Part shown: piece by piece, positions 9,700 to 19,822 of the stretch
Numbering within the stretch: the first letter of the stretch is position 1
Layout: each line of letters opens with the position of its first letter
Origin: an uncultured virus (IMG/VR IMGVR_UViG_3300006114_000006)
Taxonomy: Duplodnaviria > Heunggongvirae > Uroviricota > Caudoviricetes
IMG/VR virus record: IMGVR_UViG_3300006114_000006
Direction: 5' to 3' (one strand)
DNA length: 64,000 nucleotides
The notes under the pieces: generated by a model
What the model was told of the DNA's origin: nothing
Databases searched by the model: none
Seen by the model: only the letters and a program-made list of their open reading frames with translations
Program-made: the position numbers and the translations under genes

Positions 9700-11253
9700 T
9701 TAGAACGCCAGCTGATAAGTTAATACAGTAGTTATGGTAGGAATGGCAACACCGTTAGAAGTTAACGATCCACCGAATGCAACACTACCACCACTTGCAC
9801 CAATATTTATCGCTTGTGCTCCGGCGAATAAATTAACTGTACCAGAAGTAACGTTTGTAGTTATAGTTGCAGTACCGGTTGTTCCGTTTCCTAATAAACT
9901 CAATGTTGTGTTTCCAGTATTTGCTCCAATATAAGTTGTGGTGCCTGCACCACCGATATTCATAGTAGTTGCCGCACCAAATGCATTTACAGTGGTAGCG
10001 TTGGTATTGAATAATGTCACAGTGCCAGTACTTGCAGTTGTTATAGTTGGGTTAGTGAAGTTCAACGCACCATTAACTGCCAACTGCATTTGTTGTACAC
10101 CATTGTTGTAAAAACTCAACGGCAAATATGTTCCACTTCCATTTATTCCAGACACTAACTGCACATCGGTTGTACCATTGGTAGCAATTAAAATTTTGCT
10201 AGCATTAGTCGGACTACTGTTGTTTAATGCTTGCCAGCTAGCGGCTCCACTAGTACCGTTTGGTACAGCATAGATACCAGTTGATGCGTTAGTAGTTTTA
10301 GTAGTAAATAGTGTTCGGTTAGCAAATGTGGCATTATCAAAATCGCCGGTAATAACTGCACTAGTGCCTAATGTTAAACTTGTCAGTGTTCCTACGCTAG
10401 TTAAACTAGATGACACAATCGTGTTAGGTAACGAAGTTCCGGTGATGTTTGCACTCGATATAGTTCCATTGATTGGATTAGTTACTGATAATGAAGTAGC
10501 AGTTAAACTAGTTATGTTGCCAAGTGTAGTGATACCAGCCGCACTAGTGATTGTAGTAGGTAAAGCTGATCCAGTGATACCACTAGCCGCAACACCTGCC
10601 GCAGTAGTAACTGTTCCATTAATTGTCCCGCCTACAGTTAAATTTCCGCTCACTGTTAAACTTGTTAGTGTACCAAGACTAGTAATATTTGGCTGAGAAG
10701 CATTAGTAACAGTTGCGGCTGTACCGGCAGATCCTACAGTTCCCCATACAAATGCACTTCCACTCCAACTTAAATATGTACTGCTGACAGCTGGTGCAGT
10801 TACATAAGCAATCGTTCCTGAACCTGTTTGATAAACTAATTGATTCGATGCACCACCTGCTAGCGTAGTTGCTGTACCGGCATTCACTGAATTGACAGCA
10901 TTGGTAGCATTAGAAACCGTGCCACTGACATTCGATGCACTAATTGTTCCACTAATTGTACCAGTGACAGCTAAATTTCCAGTAACAGATAATCCATGCA
11001 ATGTGCCAACACTGGTTAAACTTGAGTTAACTACGTTAGGTGGTAATGTTGTTCCTGTTAATGCACTTGATGGTGTTGGGGTAGATAATAGGGTAGGATA
11101 AGAAAGAGTATTCCACGGAGTAATGCCGTCACCGAATTTCCATTTAAGTGTATCTTGTTCGATTCCTGTTTCACCTGCACCTAATATTGGATTGACTGCG
11201 GTCCAATTGGCCGCTGTATCTCTTCTTAATAAAATTTGTGTTAATGTTGTCAT
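9700..11253 (-). CDS. Tail fibre protein with Mtd_N-like N-terminal domain
   Basis: QILLRRDTAANW...NPIL..GE.G.E.DT.K.K.GDG.T.W..L.Y motif; repeated SSLTSVGTL. Confidence 0.8.
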   Translation of the reverse strand: MTTLTQILLRRDTAANWTAVNPILGAGETGIEQDTLKWKFGDGITPWNTLSYPTLLSTPTPSSALTGTTLPPNVVNSSLTSVGTLHGLSVTGNLAVTGTISGTISASNVSGTVSNATNAVNSVNAGTATTLAGGASNQLVYQTGSGTIAYVTAPAVSSTYLSWSGSAFVWGTVGSAGTAATVTNASQPNITSLGTLTSLTVSGNLTVGGTINGTVTTAAGVAASGITGSALPTTITSAAGITTLGNITSLTATSLSVTNPINGTISSANITGTSLPNTIVSSSLTSVGTLTSLTLGTSAVITGDFDNATFANRTLFTTKTTNASTGIYAVPNGTSGAASWQALNNSSPTNASKILIATNGTTDVQLVSGINGSGTYLPLSFYNNGVQQMQLAVNGALNFTNPTITTASTGTVTLFNTNATTVNAFGAATTMNIGGAGTTTYIGANTGNTTLSLLGNGTTGTATITTNVTSGTVNLFAGAQAINIGASGGSVAFGGSLTSNGVAIPTITTVLTYQLAF

Positions 11254-11262
11254 TCCAAATCC

Positions 11263-11970
11263 TTACGCCATTGCCGCGGCCAATGCCAGCGCCAAAGATC
11301 GAATAGTTGTATTACCAATTTTAAGATTGGCAAAAGTAGGTGTTGCTGTAGTTCTTAAATCTTGAGAACTATTAATAGTTACTGTTGTGCCACTCACACC
11401 GACTGAGATTCCGCTAGTACTAGCAAATGTCAAACTACCACCAGCTGTATTAAAAGAAACAGGAGAACCTGATGTTCCTGTAATGGATAGTGTTGCATTA
11501 GCTGTTGGAAGATATGTAGTTAATGCAGATGTAATAGCACTATTTCTATTAGTGACTTCTGTACTTACAGCACTAGAAATAGCAGTATTTCTATTAGTAA
11601 CTTCTGTACTTACAGCACTAGAGATAGCAGTATTCATACCAGTTGTGGTAGTATAACTGCTTAAACTAGTACTTAAACTAGTATTAGTTACATACGACTG
11701 TAATGTAGTTGTTAACGCTGTTGTAAGAACATAATTAGATAAAATCGTATTTAAATTAGTTGTAGTGGTATAATTCTGTAAGGCTGTTGTAACGGCATTA
11801 TTTGCATAAGTTTGAGTAGCCATAGGATAGCCACCAACAGTTGATCCATCCATCAAACGGATTGTTTGATTAGTTACATCGTAAACTATGTCCCCGCGGT
11901 CATAGGCTAGTTTTGCTAAATTAACAGCGTCATACCCGTATAGTTTAACCGAGTGTTGGGTTTTGCTCAT
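11263..11970 (-). CDS. Fibre-associated coiled-coil structural protein
   Basis: GDIVYD..NQTIRLMDG...GG N-terminal motif; AISSAVSTEVTNRN repeats; QDLRTTATPTF motif. Confidence 0.7.
   Translation of the reverse strand: MSKTQHSVKLYGYDAVNLAKLAYDRGDIVYDVTNQTIRLMDGSTVGGYPMATQTYANNAVTTALQNYTTTTNLNTILSNYVLTTALTTTLQSYVTNTSLSTSLSSYTTTTGMNTAISSAVSTEVTNRNTAISSAVSTEVTNRNSAITSALTTYLPTANATLSITGTSGSPVSFNTAGGSLTFASTSGISVGVSGTTVTINSSQDLRTTATPTFANLKIGNTTIRSLALALAAAMA
11535..11633. repeat. 45-bp coding tandem repeat (about 2.2 copies)
   Basis: Encodes AISSAVSTEVTNRN(T/S) twice. Confidence 0.8.
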
Positions 11971-12004
11971 AAATACCAGTCCTTATAACTAGTATTTACC
12001 GTTT

Positions 12005-12448
12005 TTACTCTTTGTGGTAATATTGATAATTAACGGTGGTTTCGTTTTCTTTATGCACAGTTGCACCATTTTTTAAGTGAAAACGACGAGCCATAGGTGT
12101 TTGCGGACTTAAGGTAACAATATTTTTAACATCTTTGTATTCGCCTAAAATCCATTCAGCGGCTCTTTTTAACAGTTCTGCACCGGCACCGGGTGCATAA
12201 CTCCATATGGTATAAAATACTGCTGTATCTTTAGTCTTGTCCATATTGATTAAATCTTCTTCAGTTGTAGGAATATCTTTAAGCCATTGCAAACAAGTAG
12301 CGGCTAGGATTTCTTCCCCTGCTTTTAAGATTAAAATTTCAGCGGCATCATTAATGCGTTGCTCTAATGGAATATGAGGACGTACTGGATCATCTTTAAC
12401 TACACGAGTTAAAGGGTCTGCGGTTGAGCGTAGATGATATAGTTCCAT
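12005..12448 (-). CDS. Hypothetical protein, possible GNAT-like fold
   Basis: 'AVFYTIWSYAPGAGAELL...VTLSP...ARRFHLKNGA' resembles GNAT motifs A/B. Confidence 0.55.
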   Translation of the reverse strand: MELYHLRSTADPLTRVVKDDPVRPHIPLEQRINDAAEILILKAGEEILAATCLQWLKDIPTTEEDLINMDKTKDTAVFYTIWSYAPGAGAELLKRAAEWILGEYKDVKNIVTLSPQTPMARRFHLKNGATVHKENETTVNYQYYHKE

Positions 12449-12482
12449 TATATACGTACTTATCTATTCTGTCTAAAAACCA

Positions 12483-13901
12483 TCAAATATCATCAGACGG
12501 AAGATTATTCAATAGGTCTCTTAATTTACTACTTGCAACTTCTGCACGAACTTTTGGTACAGCAAGTCCATCTGTTGGGTTTTCTTGAGCTACCGTTTGA
12601 CGATTCTTAATAGTGTTAAGTAATGCACTGCCAGCACTTTGACTGTTGTTATTTCCATAACTATCTTCCTCGGATAGGTCGCTGATACGCAAACTGTCAA
12701 TATTGAACTCCAAGTCAATCTTTTGACCAACACCGCTTGAACTACGTGTCTTCATCAGCTGAATTTGATAGCGACCACGCTCACGCATAGCACGACTTGT
12801 AAAGATACCAAACACATTATCTGCTGTCTGAATCTTACTCAATCCACCTGAAATATGACTGTGATCAAACTCAACTTCTTCCACAGCACCGCGATTTAAC
12901 TGTGCCGCAGTAACAAACACACAGTTCTTTTCCATAGCTAAATTGCGTAATTCTTCTGACACATATTTGTCTTTGACAAACAAGTTTTCAGCACTAATTT
13001 TCTTACCCATAGGCATTAACAAGTCCAAATAGTCAACTAACAACACATCGACTCTACGTCCTAATTTAATTTCATATTCTTTCAAATACGCCCGAATATC
13101 GTTTGTAGTTTTACCGCTTGGCATATATTTGATCTGATATGTACCAGACTTCTTACCTACCATTTTGACCTTCATTTCAACATCATCTAAGTTCTTAAAC
13201 ACATCCTTAGTAGCCATACCTGTTACCATTGCATCCATACGCATAGCAACGAGTTCTTCTGAAAGTTCTAGGGTTAAGTAAACTACATTCATGCCTTTTT
13301 CTGCAAAGTTGATACCTAAGTTTGCTAAGAATAACGACTTGCCTGCTCCTGATCCGCCTGCAAAAATATTCAACTCACCACGATTAAATCCGCCGAATAA
13401 TTTGTCATCGACTGCTTTCCAGCCAGTCGATACTTGACCATTTTTGTCTTTAATCTTCATCAAACGTGTGCGAGGATCCAGCCAGTAATCTGTACCTAAA
13501 TCTCTCTGCAGACCAATTTGTACCGCTAACTTGATCTTTTCTTCAACACTACCGTATTCACCTTTTTCTAACAAATCGGCGCTTTCTAAGATTGCTTTTT
13601 CCAAACCTTTATGTCGAATGAATGTTTCAAAATCATTAAGTAGCCAGTCATAGTGTTCATCACGCAAATCATGTGGCACTTTAAAATTGCTACCAGTGGC
13701 GGCATTGATAATCTCTTCTGTGGGCACTACAGAATGTTCTTCAATGTACTGATGCATAAATTCAGCCGCCGGCTGCAATCTACGATCAAACAATGTATGA
13801 TCAAAAATGCCCTGACATCTACTAAACGTGGCGGCATCTGCCAACATCATTTCTAGATATACTTTTTGTATATCATATCCGTAATCTGTATTTTGTTTCA
13901 T
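12483..13901 (-). CDS. 41: Replicative DnaB-like helicase (T4 gp41-like)
   Basis: Walker A GGSGAGKS, LELSE, LLVDYLD, AQLNR, KTRSS. Confidence 0.93.
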   Translation of the reverse strand: MKQNTDYGYDIQKVYLEMMLADAATFSRCQGIFDHTLFDRRLQPAAEFMHQYIEEHSVVPTEEIINAATGSNFKVPHDLRDEHYDWLLNDFETFIRHKGLEKAILESADLLEKGEYGSVEEKIKLAVQIGLQRDLGTDYWLDPRTRLMKIKDKNGQVSTGWKAVDDKLFGGFNRGELNIFAGGSGAGKSLFLANLGINFAEKGMNVVYLTLELSEELVAMRMDAMVTGMATKDVFKNLDDVEMKVKMVGKKSGTYQIKYMPSGKTTNDIRAYLKEYEIKLGRRVDVLLVDYLDLLMPMGKKISAENLFVKDKYVSEELRNLAMEKNCVFVTAAQLNRGAVEEVEFDHSHISGGLSKIQTADNVFGIFTSRAMRERGRYQIQLMKTRSSSGVGQKIDLEFNIDSLRISDLSEEDSYGNNNSQSAGSALLNTIKNRQTVAQENPTDGLAVPKVRAEVASSKLRDLLNNLPSDDI

Positions 13902-13916
13902 ATTGTATTATACACT

Positions 13917-15386
13917 TTAATTAAACACTTTAACACCGTAATGGCGTTCAAAGCTCTTTGCATCTGCATGATCATTCACCATAGGTTTACCCTTAATGTT
14001 TAAACTGGTATTAAGTAACATCGGGCATCCAGTTCGAGCATACCATAGCTCTAAGAGTTTTCTGAACGGCGATCCATCGTTTGGAACAGTTTGTACACGT
14101 GAACTTCCATCACGATGCACGACAGCAGGATAAAGCTCAGGATTCCGTAAACGGGCGATGACTTGCATATACCTACTATTATGCCAATTACGAGGCATAG
14201 TAAAATACTCATCAACAAACTCCTCGAGTATTGCTGGAGCAAACGGTCTGAATTGTTGTCGTTGTTTGATTTCATTTACTTTATCCTTTATATCTGTATC
14301 GCGGGGATCCGCTAATAAACTTCTATTACCTAATGCCCTTGGACCAAATTCTGCACGTCCTCGAGCAACACCGCATATTTTATTAATTTCTAAATAATCG
14401 ACAATTTGTTCATTAGTTGCACGATAGCCCATGTTGTAACCTAGGAATGGGTTAAACTCATTTTGCGTCATTTGCCATTCTGGATGTTTGGCTAATACTG
14501 CACCTATGGCACTACCAGCATCTCCTGGATTCGGCATTATCCAAGTATTGTCAAAATAGTTGCCCGTTAGTCTATTGGCGAGGCAATTTAACGCACATCC
14601 GCCCATCAGCACTAGATTTTTACTACTAACTAGCCTTGTTGCTTTTATCAACAAATGCTCAAAATAATCTTCATAAATTTCTTGTGTAGTGGCCGCAATC
14701 TCAAAACTATCTTTAACGGTTAAGTCAGGACGCCAATCCATTACACCTCTATGACAACTACGTAAAAATTTTAAGTTGCCATAATTGTCTATAAAATCAT
14801 GACTCATGTCAAAATTTAACTTGCTAGGATCACCATATGCGGCCATGCCCATTAAGATATATTCATCTTCCTTAGGCTTTAATCCCACACGTTGAGTCAT
14901 GGCACTATAGAATAATCCGATACTATGTGGATAACGTAAACTCCATCGCTTTTTAAGTTTGCTACCTTTTGCTTCCCATATTGTAGCAGTATCCCACTCA
15001 CCAATAGCGTCTATAACTACTACACATGCTTCATCGAATCCGCTGGTAAAATATCCACCAGCCGCATGACTAAGATGATGGTCGACATAAGTTATAGGTG
15101 CATTGATCTCGTAACGAGCCATGTAAATTTCAATATCATTGTCTCGACCTTTCCAACCTTGACCGGCATAAAATTGTCTTAAAGTCTTAAGAAATGGACG
15201 TTCATACCAATAAACTTGGTCAGGAGCTCCGTATTGTTTTGCGGCCATAACCAAATCACGACATAGATTTTTATCGTTTTTTATACCGCTAAATCGTTCG
15301 CTGTGACTAGCAAACACTAATTTTTCATCACAGAATACCGCTATTGCGGCATCGTGACTATTTGCAGAAATTCCCCAACTAATCAT
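13917..15386 (-). CDS. Carbamoyltransferase (NodU/CmcH/TobZ family)
   Basis: HDAA, ERFSGIK, HHLSHAA, DAIGE, GGCALN, GDAGSAIG, EFGPRALGNRS, FRPFAP, LNTSLN; start MISWG overlaps primase stop. Confidence 0.93.
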   Translation of the reverse strand: MISWGISANSHDAAIAVFCDEKLVFASHSERFSGIKNDKNLCRDLVMAAKQYGAPDQVYWYERPFLKTLRQFYAGQGWKGRDNDIEIYMARYEINAPITYVDHHLSHAAGGYFTSGFDEACVVVIDAIGEWDTATIWEAKGSKLKKRWSLRYPHSIGLFYSAMTQRVGLKPKEDEYILMGMAAYGDPSKLNFDMSHDFIDNYGNLKFLRSCHRGVMDWRPDLTVKDSFEIAATTQEIYEDYFEHLLIKATRLVSSKNLVLMGGCALNCLANRLTGNYFDNTWIMPNPGDAGSAIGAVLAKHPEWQMTQNEFNPFLGYNMGYRATNEQIVDYLEINKICGVARGRAEFGPRALGNRSLLADPRDTDIKDKVNEIKQRQQFRPFAPAILEEFVDEYFTMPRNWHNSRYMQVIARLRNPELYPAVVHRDGSSRVQTVPNDGSPFRKLLELWYARTGCPMLLNTSLNIKGKPMVNDHADAKSFERHYGVKVFN

Positions 15387-16347
15387 GTTTAAACCACTTT
15401 TTTGCTTTGAGTTGTATTTTAAGATTGTTAGACTCTTTAGAACTAACAATCAACCACATCGTAGCTAGTTTACCTAGTTTAATCACAGCATCATTGATAT
15501 CTTTAATGCCTTCGGGCCAATCAGGCATGCTTACTGACCAATTATATTCAAGTGCGTGTTCTAGTGTTGCTTTACCAGCTTCGTCCCTATCTGGTACTAA
15601 AATTATTTCTTTACCTAGCTGTCTTAGTAGCCAATTTTGGCTGTCTTTGATCTCTGCTCCGAGCAATGCACAACCATCAATACTTAGTGCATCAAACGGG
15701 CCTTCGCTAACAATTATGAATTCTCGATCATTGTGTTGGTTGTCTAAATTAAACACATACCCAGGTTGTTGCTCTGACAAATATTTAGGTTGTGCATCGT
15801 TGACTGCACGGGCAGTCCAGCCTACAATTTCTCCTTTGTATAAAAAAGGAATAATTAACCTGTTACTAAAACCAACTTTTGGAGTCCAATAGAAAAGAAA
15901 ATCTTCAGGAAAAAGTCGTCTACTTACCATGTATTCTAATACAGGTATAAGTTTTTCTGGAGGGTTAGATAATAAGTCTGTAATCGCAATACTATCCATG
16001 GGCAATGCACGGATATCAAATTTAGGAATTATATTACGAACTTCTGCGGTATTATTTTGATCTAAGCGTAATGCTTCCAATCTCATCTGCGAAATGATAT
16101 CATCGGGGATATTTAGATCCCGCATGAACTCATTCATTTTTTTGCTTATGTGTCTACCAGGTTGCCAACTGCATTTAAATCCGCAATTAAAACAATGATA
16201 ACTTACAGCATCGCCTTGATTAACAATAAATCCGCCACGCTGTCGTTTATCATCACAACATACCGCGTTGAACCCAATCCAACCACTTGGAGTATGTTTA
16301 CGCTTTGCAGGCAGGTATGTAAGTAATGTATCCGCTATTAGGCTCAT
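15379..16347 (-). CDS. 61: DNA primase (T4 gp61-like)
   Basis: Zn-binding CC...HCFNC; TOPRIM EGPFDA and PDRDEAG; KDINDA. Confidence 0.88.
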   Translation of the reverse strand: MSLIADTLLTYLPAKRKHTPSGWIGFNAVCCDDKRQRGGFIVNQGDAVSYHCFNCGFKCSWQPGRHISKKMNEFMRDLNIPDDIISQMRLEALRLDQNNTAEVRNIIPKFDIRALPMDSIAITDLLSNPPEKLIPVLEYMVSRRLFPEDFLFYWTPKVGFSNRLIIPFLYKGEIVGWTARAVNDAQPKYLSEQQPGYVFNLDNQHNDREFIIVSEGPFDALSIDGCALLGAEIKDSQNWLLRQLGKEIILVPDRDEAGKATLEHALEYNWSVSMPDWPEGIKDINDAVIKLGKLATMWLIVSSKESNNLKIQLKAKKWFKHD

Positions 16348-16364
16348 GCCTTATTATAACAGAT

Positions 16365-17468
16365 TTATGAAGAATATGCTACTACTTCGGTTATCGAACC
16401 ATAAGTCAAAGTTGGGTTTTGTTGACTACCATATTGCCAAACATCTGGATACTGCCAACTGATACGCATGTAGTTGTATTGCCCACCAGTGCTTGCTACT
16501 GGAACATTATTAAAGGTCACAGTGGTAGTTGTAGCGGTATTGAATGTGTAACTTTGAAGTTGCGGACTATTTAAAAACGAACTAACTGCAATAGTCATGT
16601 CTTCAGTGGCTTCGACATAAACTGTTCCAATAAAGTTTACTAGAGTTACTTCAAAATTCATATACTCAATCGGAACTGCTTCGTAAAATTTACAAGGAAT
16701 CGCAGGAGTATGATTAATAACATTACCCATGAAGTTGATTTCGCCAACAAAACTGTCGTAAACCATTTCATTTCTGAAAGTTGGAGTAGCATTACCAATC
16801 AATTGTATTCTACCAGGTGCACCAAACTGACTGTCATTATACAACATAATTTCATTGCCAGCTGGGTCAATACCTGTAACGCTATAAGTCAAATACTGAT
16901 CTGCTAAGTCTGAAAGATCTTCTTGAGGAATTACAATATTTCCTAAACCTTTAACAATGTTATTAATTGACAAGCCATTAGCACCAGCAACTGTTTGACT
17001 TTGAAACGTTACAGTTAATGTTGTAGTTGCACTATCGATATCGCTAGCAACTCCGCTGACAAATACTGGGCCTATGATATTTGTTCCAGTTACTTGATAG
17101 TTTACTGAAAATGTTCCAGTGATATTTGCGGTTGGAATAGTAATAGTTGTACTAGAACTTTTTCCGTTAGTAGCAACAACTGTGGCATTAGTTGCACTAG
17201 CTACACTTTGCAAATTCATGTTATATGGGCTGTTGGGCAATGCTTTGCCGCCTTGATCCATAATATTAACTACAATATTATTCAAAGCTGTTGTTAGGTC
17301 GAGACGCTTTTGATCAACATTCTGAATGTCAAATTCAAGGACGTTGTCGACTCCATTGTAAATTTTTATTGTTCTTGCGTACACGACACGGTTCTCCACA
17401 GTGAATCCTGCCAAATCGGCTAATAGAATGATCCTATTAGGATATAAATAACTTTGGATTTTTTGCAT
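16365..17468 (-). CDS. Hypothetical (probably structural) protein
   Basis: Late box TAAATA at 17488-17493; contains a T/N/G-rich internal module like those of the fibre proteins. Confidence 0.65.
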   Translation of the reverse strand: MQKIQSYLYPNRIILLADLAGFTVENRVVYARTIKIYNGVDNVLEFDIQNVDQKRLDLTTALNNIVVNIMDQGGKALPNSPYNMNLQSVASATNATVVATNGKSSSTTITIPTANITGTFSVNYQVTGTNIIGPVFVSGVASDIDSATTTLTVTFQSQTVAGANGLSINNIVKGLGNIVIPQEDLSDLADQYLTYSVTGIDPAGNEIMLYNDSQFGAPGRIQLIGNATPTFRNEMVYDSFVGEINFMGNVINHTPAIPCKFYEAVPIEYMNFEVTLVNFIGTVYVEATEDMTIAVSSFLNSPQLQSYTFNTATTTTVTFNNVPVASTGGQYNYMRISWQYPDVWQYGSQQNPTLTYGSITEVVAYSS

Positions 17469-17492
17469 TTGGCAGAACCTTTAATAGTATTT

Positions 17493-17867
17493 ATGGCAAA
17501 ATTAAGAGACAACATCGAACAAAATTTACCCTTTATCAGCGTCATTAACTACGGCGAAAATGAATACGTGGGCATCATAATCAACCAGGACCAGTACGTC
17601 ACTAGTTTCTATGATCTCAATGCTATTAAAACTCCCGAAGAAAAGACACAATTCCTAGAAATAGGTGAAACTTGGTGGTGGGAAAGTAACCGTCAATTTC
17701 CTATAAACATATTCTGTAGGGAGCAAATTCATCCCTTTAATTATTGTGTTAAAACATTTAACAGTAAAGATGTAAGAGTATTACTAGGTCCTGTGGTTAA
17801 TTTAATGAATCTTACTTTAAAAAGAGTCAAGCGTAAAAGTGTTCAATTAGTTAGAAAAGTTCGCTAA
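17493..17867 (+). CDS. Hypothetical protein
   Basis: ORF with 'PFIS...EYVGII.N...FLE.GE.WWWESNR..PINIF'; start MAKLRD preferred over 17454. Confidence 0.7.
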   Translation: MAKLRDNIEQNLPFISVINYGENEYVGIIINQDQYVTSFYDLNAIKTPEEKTQFLEIGETWWWESNRQFPINIFCREQIHPFNYCVKTFNSKDVRVLLGPVVNLMNLTLKRVKRKSVQLVRKVR

Positions 17868-18416
17868 TTGTTCACAAATTAAATTCATCTGCACAACAAT
17901 TACATGTGCATAGGCTACAGCATGTGCCTTCTTAAAAAAATATTCATCTCCTTCGGGTTTCTGCCAAACTTCTAAGTTCACGGTATTCCAATCTTTTCCA
18001 ACTAAGTGACGCTTTGCAGGACGAATCATTGCCAAAACAGCCGCCAGTTGTTCGATCGTTGTTGGTTTCATCTCTCTGAGTATTGCCCCATGACCATTCA
18101 CGTGAAACAGTTTGTTGACGAAATCGTCTTCTAATAATAGATCCCATATAGGCTCCGTATTCAATAAAGTTTTTAGATGCTGTATACTATTAACGCCTTC
18201 GTACACTGAAACGTTTAAAAAATCGAGTTTAAAATATCCTCTTTCTTCTGCCGTTTTATAATCTAATGTAGAAATTCCATCGATAGGATTATGCGGAATA
18301 CTAGTGCAATACACACCAGTATTATGTTTCTTATTAGTATCAATCCGTGCGTCTACATGCTTTAATAATGCTAAAGCCTTTGTTCTATCTGCAAAGTCGA
18401 TATCGATATCTGGCAT
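17847..18416 (-). CDS. Miniature DnaE (Pol III alpha)-like protein, 189 aa
   Basis: PDIDIDF, KHNTGVY, GYFKLDFL, AMIRP, FKKAHAVAY match DnaE palm/finger motifs in order. Confidence 0.8.
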   Translation of the reverse strand: MPDIDIDFADRTKALALLKHVDARIDTNKKHNTGVYCTSIPHNPIDGISTLDYKTAEERGYFKLDFLNVSVYEGVNSIQHLKTLLNTEPIWDLLLEDDFVNKLFHVNGHGAILREMKPTTIEQLAAVLAMIRPAKRHLVGKDWNTVNLEVWQKPEGDEYFFKKAHAVAYAHVIVVQMNLICEQLANFSN

Positions 18417-19108
18417 TAAATTCCACTCTCTTTGACTACTTGTTTTACTAATTCTACATCTGCTGGTAATTTTTTAAATTTACTTACCCAGAACGGTGGG
18501 TCGATAATATTTTGTATATGTGCTAGTTGTTCGTCGCTAAATTTTTGTAGCATGGCTTTGCCGCTGGCACTATTCAAGACCAGCCAAGGACTAATTTTTC
18601 CGTCTTTGATATCATAACAAGCACGACTTAGGCTAACATATAAGAAATAATGATTCCATGGCGCATTATTTGCATCACTCCATTCCTGCATATGAATGAT
18701 ACTGCGTTCAAGTGCCGTCTCCACTGATTCACGTTTAATTAAATCAAAAACATATTGTTCATATAATTCTTCACGACACCAATGATCTAGTTTTACCCCA
18801 GATGTAACCACATAATCAATAAATTTATGAGGATATAAAGGGTTAACATTACTGACGAAAGACCCAAACTTAACAAAAGCATTATAATAAGGACTTTTTG
18901 CAAATTCGTCATAGGTCTTATTACCTTTGTTGTTTTGTGTTGTTTGATAAAATCTATTAAAGGTATCATAAGCTAATACTACGTGTCTTTCTGTACGTGC
19001 AAGTGCTCTTCGTTTTTGTTCGCACACATGTACAAACAGGGTTTTTTCTTGCATAAACCCTTTATTACAATATTGACAGATATATGGTTGCGGTGCTAGT
19101 GCCATCAT
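18416..19108 (-). CDS. Hypothetical protein with N-terminal C2HC/C2H2-type zinc finger
   Basis: YICQYCNKGF....TLFVHVC. Confidence 0.7.
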   Translation of the reverse strand: MMALAPQPYICQYCNKGFMQEKTLFVHVCEQKRRALARTERHVVLAYDTFNRFYQTTQNNKGNKTYDEFAKSPYYNAFVKFGSFVSNVNPLYPHKFIDYVVTSGVKLDHWCREELYEQYVFDLIKRESVETALERSIIHMQEWSDANNAPWNHYFLYVSLSRACYDIKDGKISPWLVLNSASGKAMLQKFSDEQLAHIQNIIDPPFWVSKFKKLPADVELVKQVVKESGI

Positions 19109-19581
19109 TTTAATTTTTTAGCAATGGTGGCTTCGTCCATGCCATGCAGGCGTGCAAGATCTTTTATTTCTTTATCTGTTGACATTTCTGCCAACATTTC
19201 AATTTCATCACGTTTGGCATTAGGCATCAATTCTTCTAAGAATTTTGTCTTTTTATTACTACCAGTTTTCTTCTTAAAACCAATCCATTCATGATAAAAT
19301 TGTGTAGATCCATCATAGCTACACATGCACAATAATTGCCAAAGTAGCTTAGGATGTTTTTGTAAAGTATTCCAATGCTTGTTAAAATACTCGTTAACTG
19401 TTAATACAAAATGTTCTTGTATTTCACGTTTGTTACTTTTTACGTTACTGATATAACGATTAAGAATGTACAATTCGCTTTTAAGACTTTTTTGTTGTTC
19501 AGGAGTCATTTCATCCCAAACAGATTTTGCGTTCAAATCAACAAACGCTATTTTTTCTTTAAGTTCAATTTTATCACTCAT
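19105..19581 (-). CDS. Probable clamp-loader small subunit (gp62-like)
   Basis: 'YILNRYIS...VNEYFN...HPKLLWQLL...WIGFKKK' pattern, size and replication context. Confidence 0.5.
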   Translation of the reverse strand: MSDKIELKEKIAFVDLNAKSVWDEMTPEQQKSLKSELYILNRYISNVKSNKREIQEHFVLTVNEYFNKHWNTLQKHPKLLWQLLCMCSYDGSTQFYHEWIGFKKKTGSNKKTKFLEELMPNAKRDEIEMLAEMSTDKEIKDLARLHGMDEATIAKKLK

Positions 19582-19822
19582 AACGTTCTTTACTTAGTTT
19601 ATATAACATTATAACACGATCCAAGGCCTTTTGTAAAGCAGGATTGGTTTGTGCCTCTTCAATTACACCCCGCCAAAAGTCGTTTATGCGGTGACCATTC
19701 ACTGGATCATAATCCCACCCTATTGGTGTTCTTGTATCGGGATCGGCTCCTACTTCTCGAGCATAGGTCACTCCATCTGCTCGTTCATAGATATAAGTAG
19801 CTCCAGGTTTAAGGTTACCCAT
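19574..19822 (-). CDS. Small hypothetical protein
   Basis: MGNLKPGATYIYER.DGVTYAR; overlaps both neighbours; start 19822. Confidence 0.7.
   Translation of the reverse strand: MGNLKPGATYIYERADGVTYAREVGADPDTRTPIGWDYDPVNGHRINDFWRGVIEEAQTNPALQKALDRVIMLYKLSKERYE

Noticed and set aside
9700..11253. Diversity-generating retroelement suggested by the Mtd_N-like domain
   Set aside because: No reverse transcriptase, no template/variable repeat pair and no C-type-lectin C-terminus seen in the window
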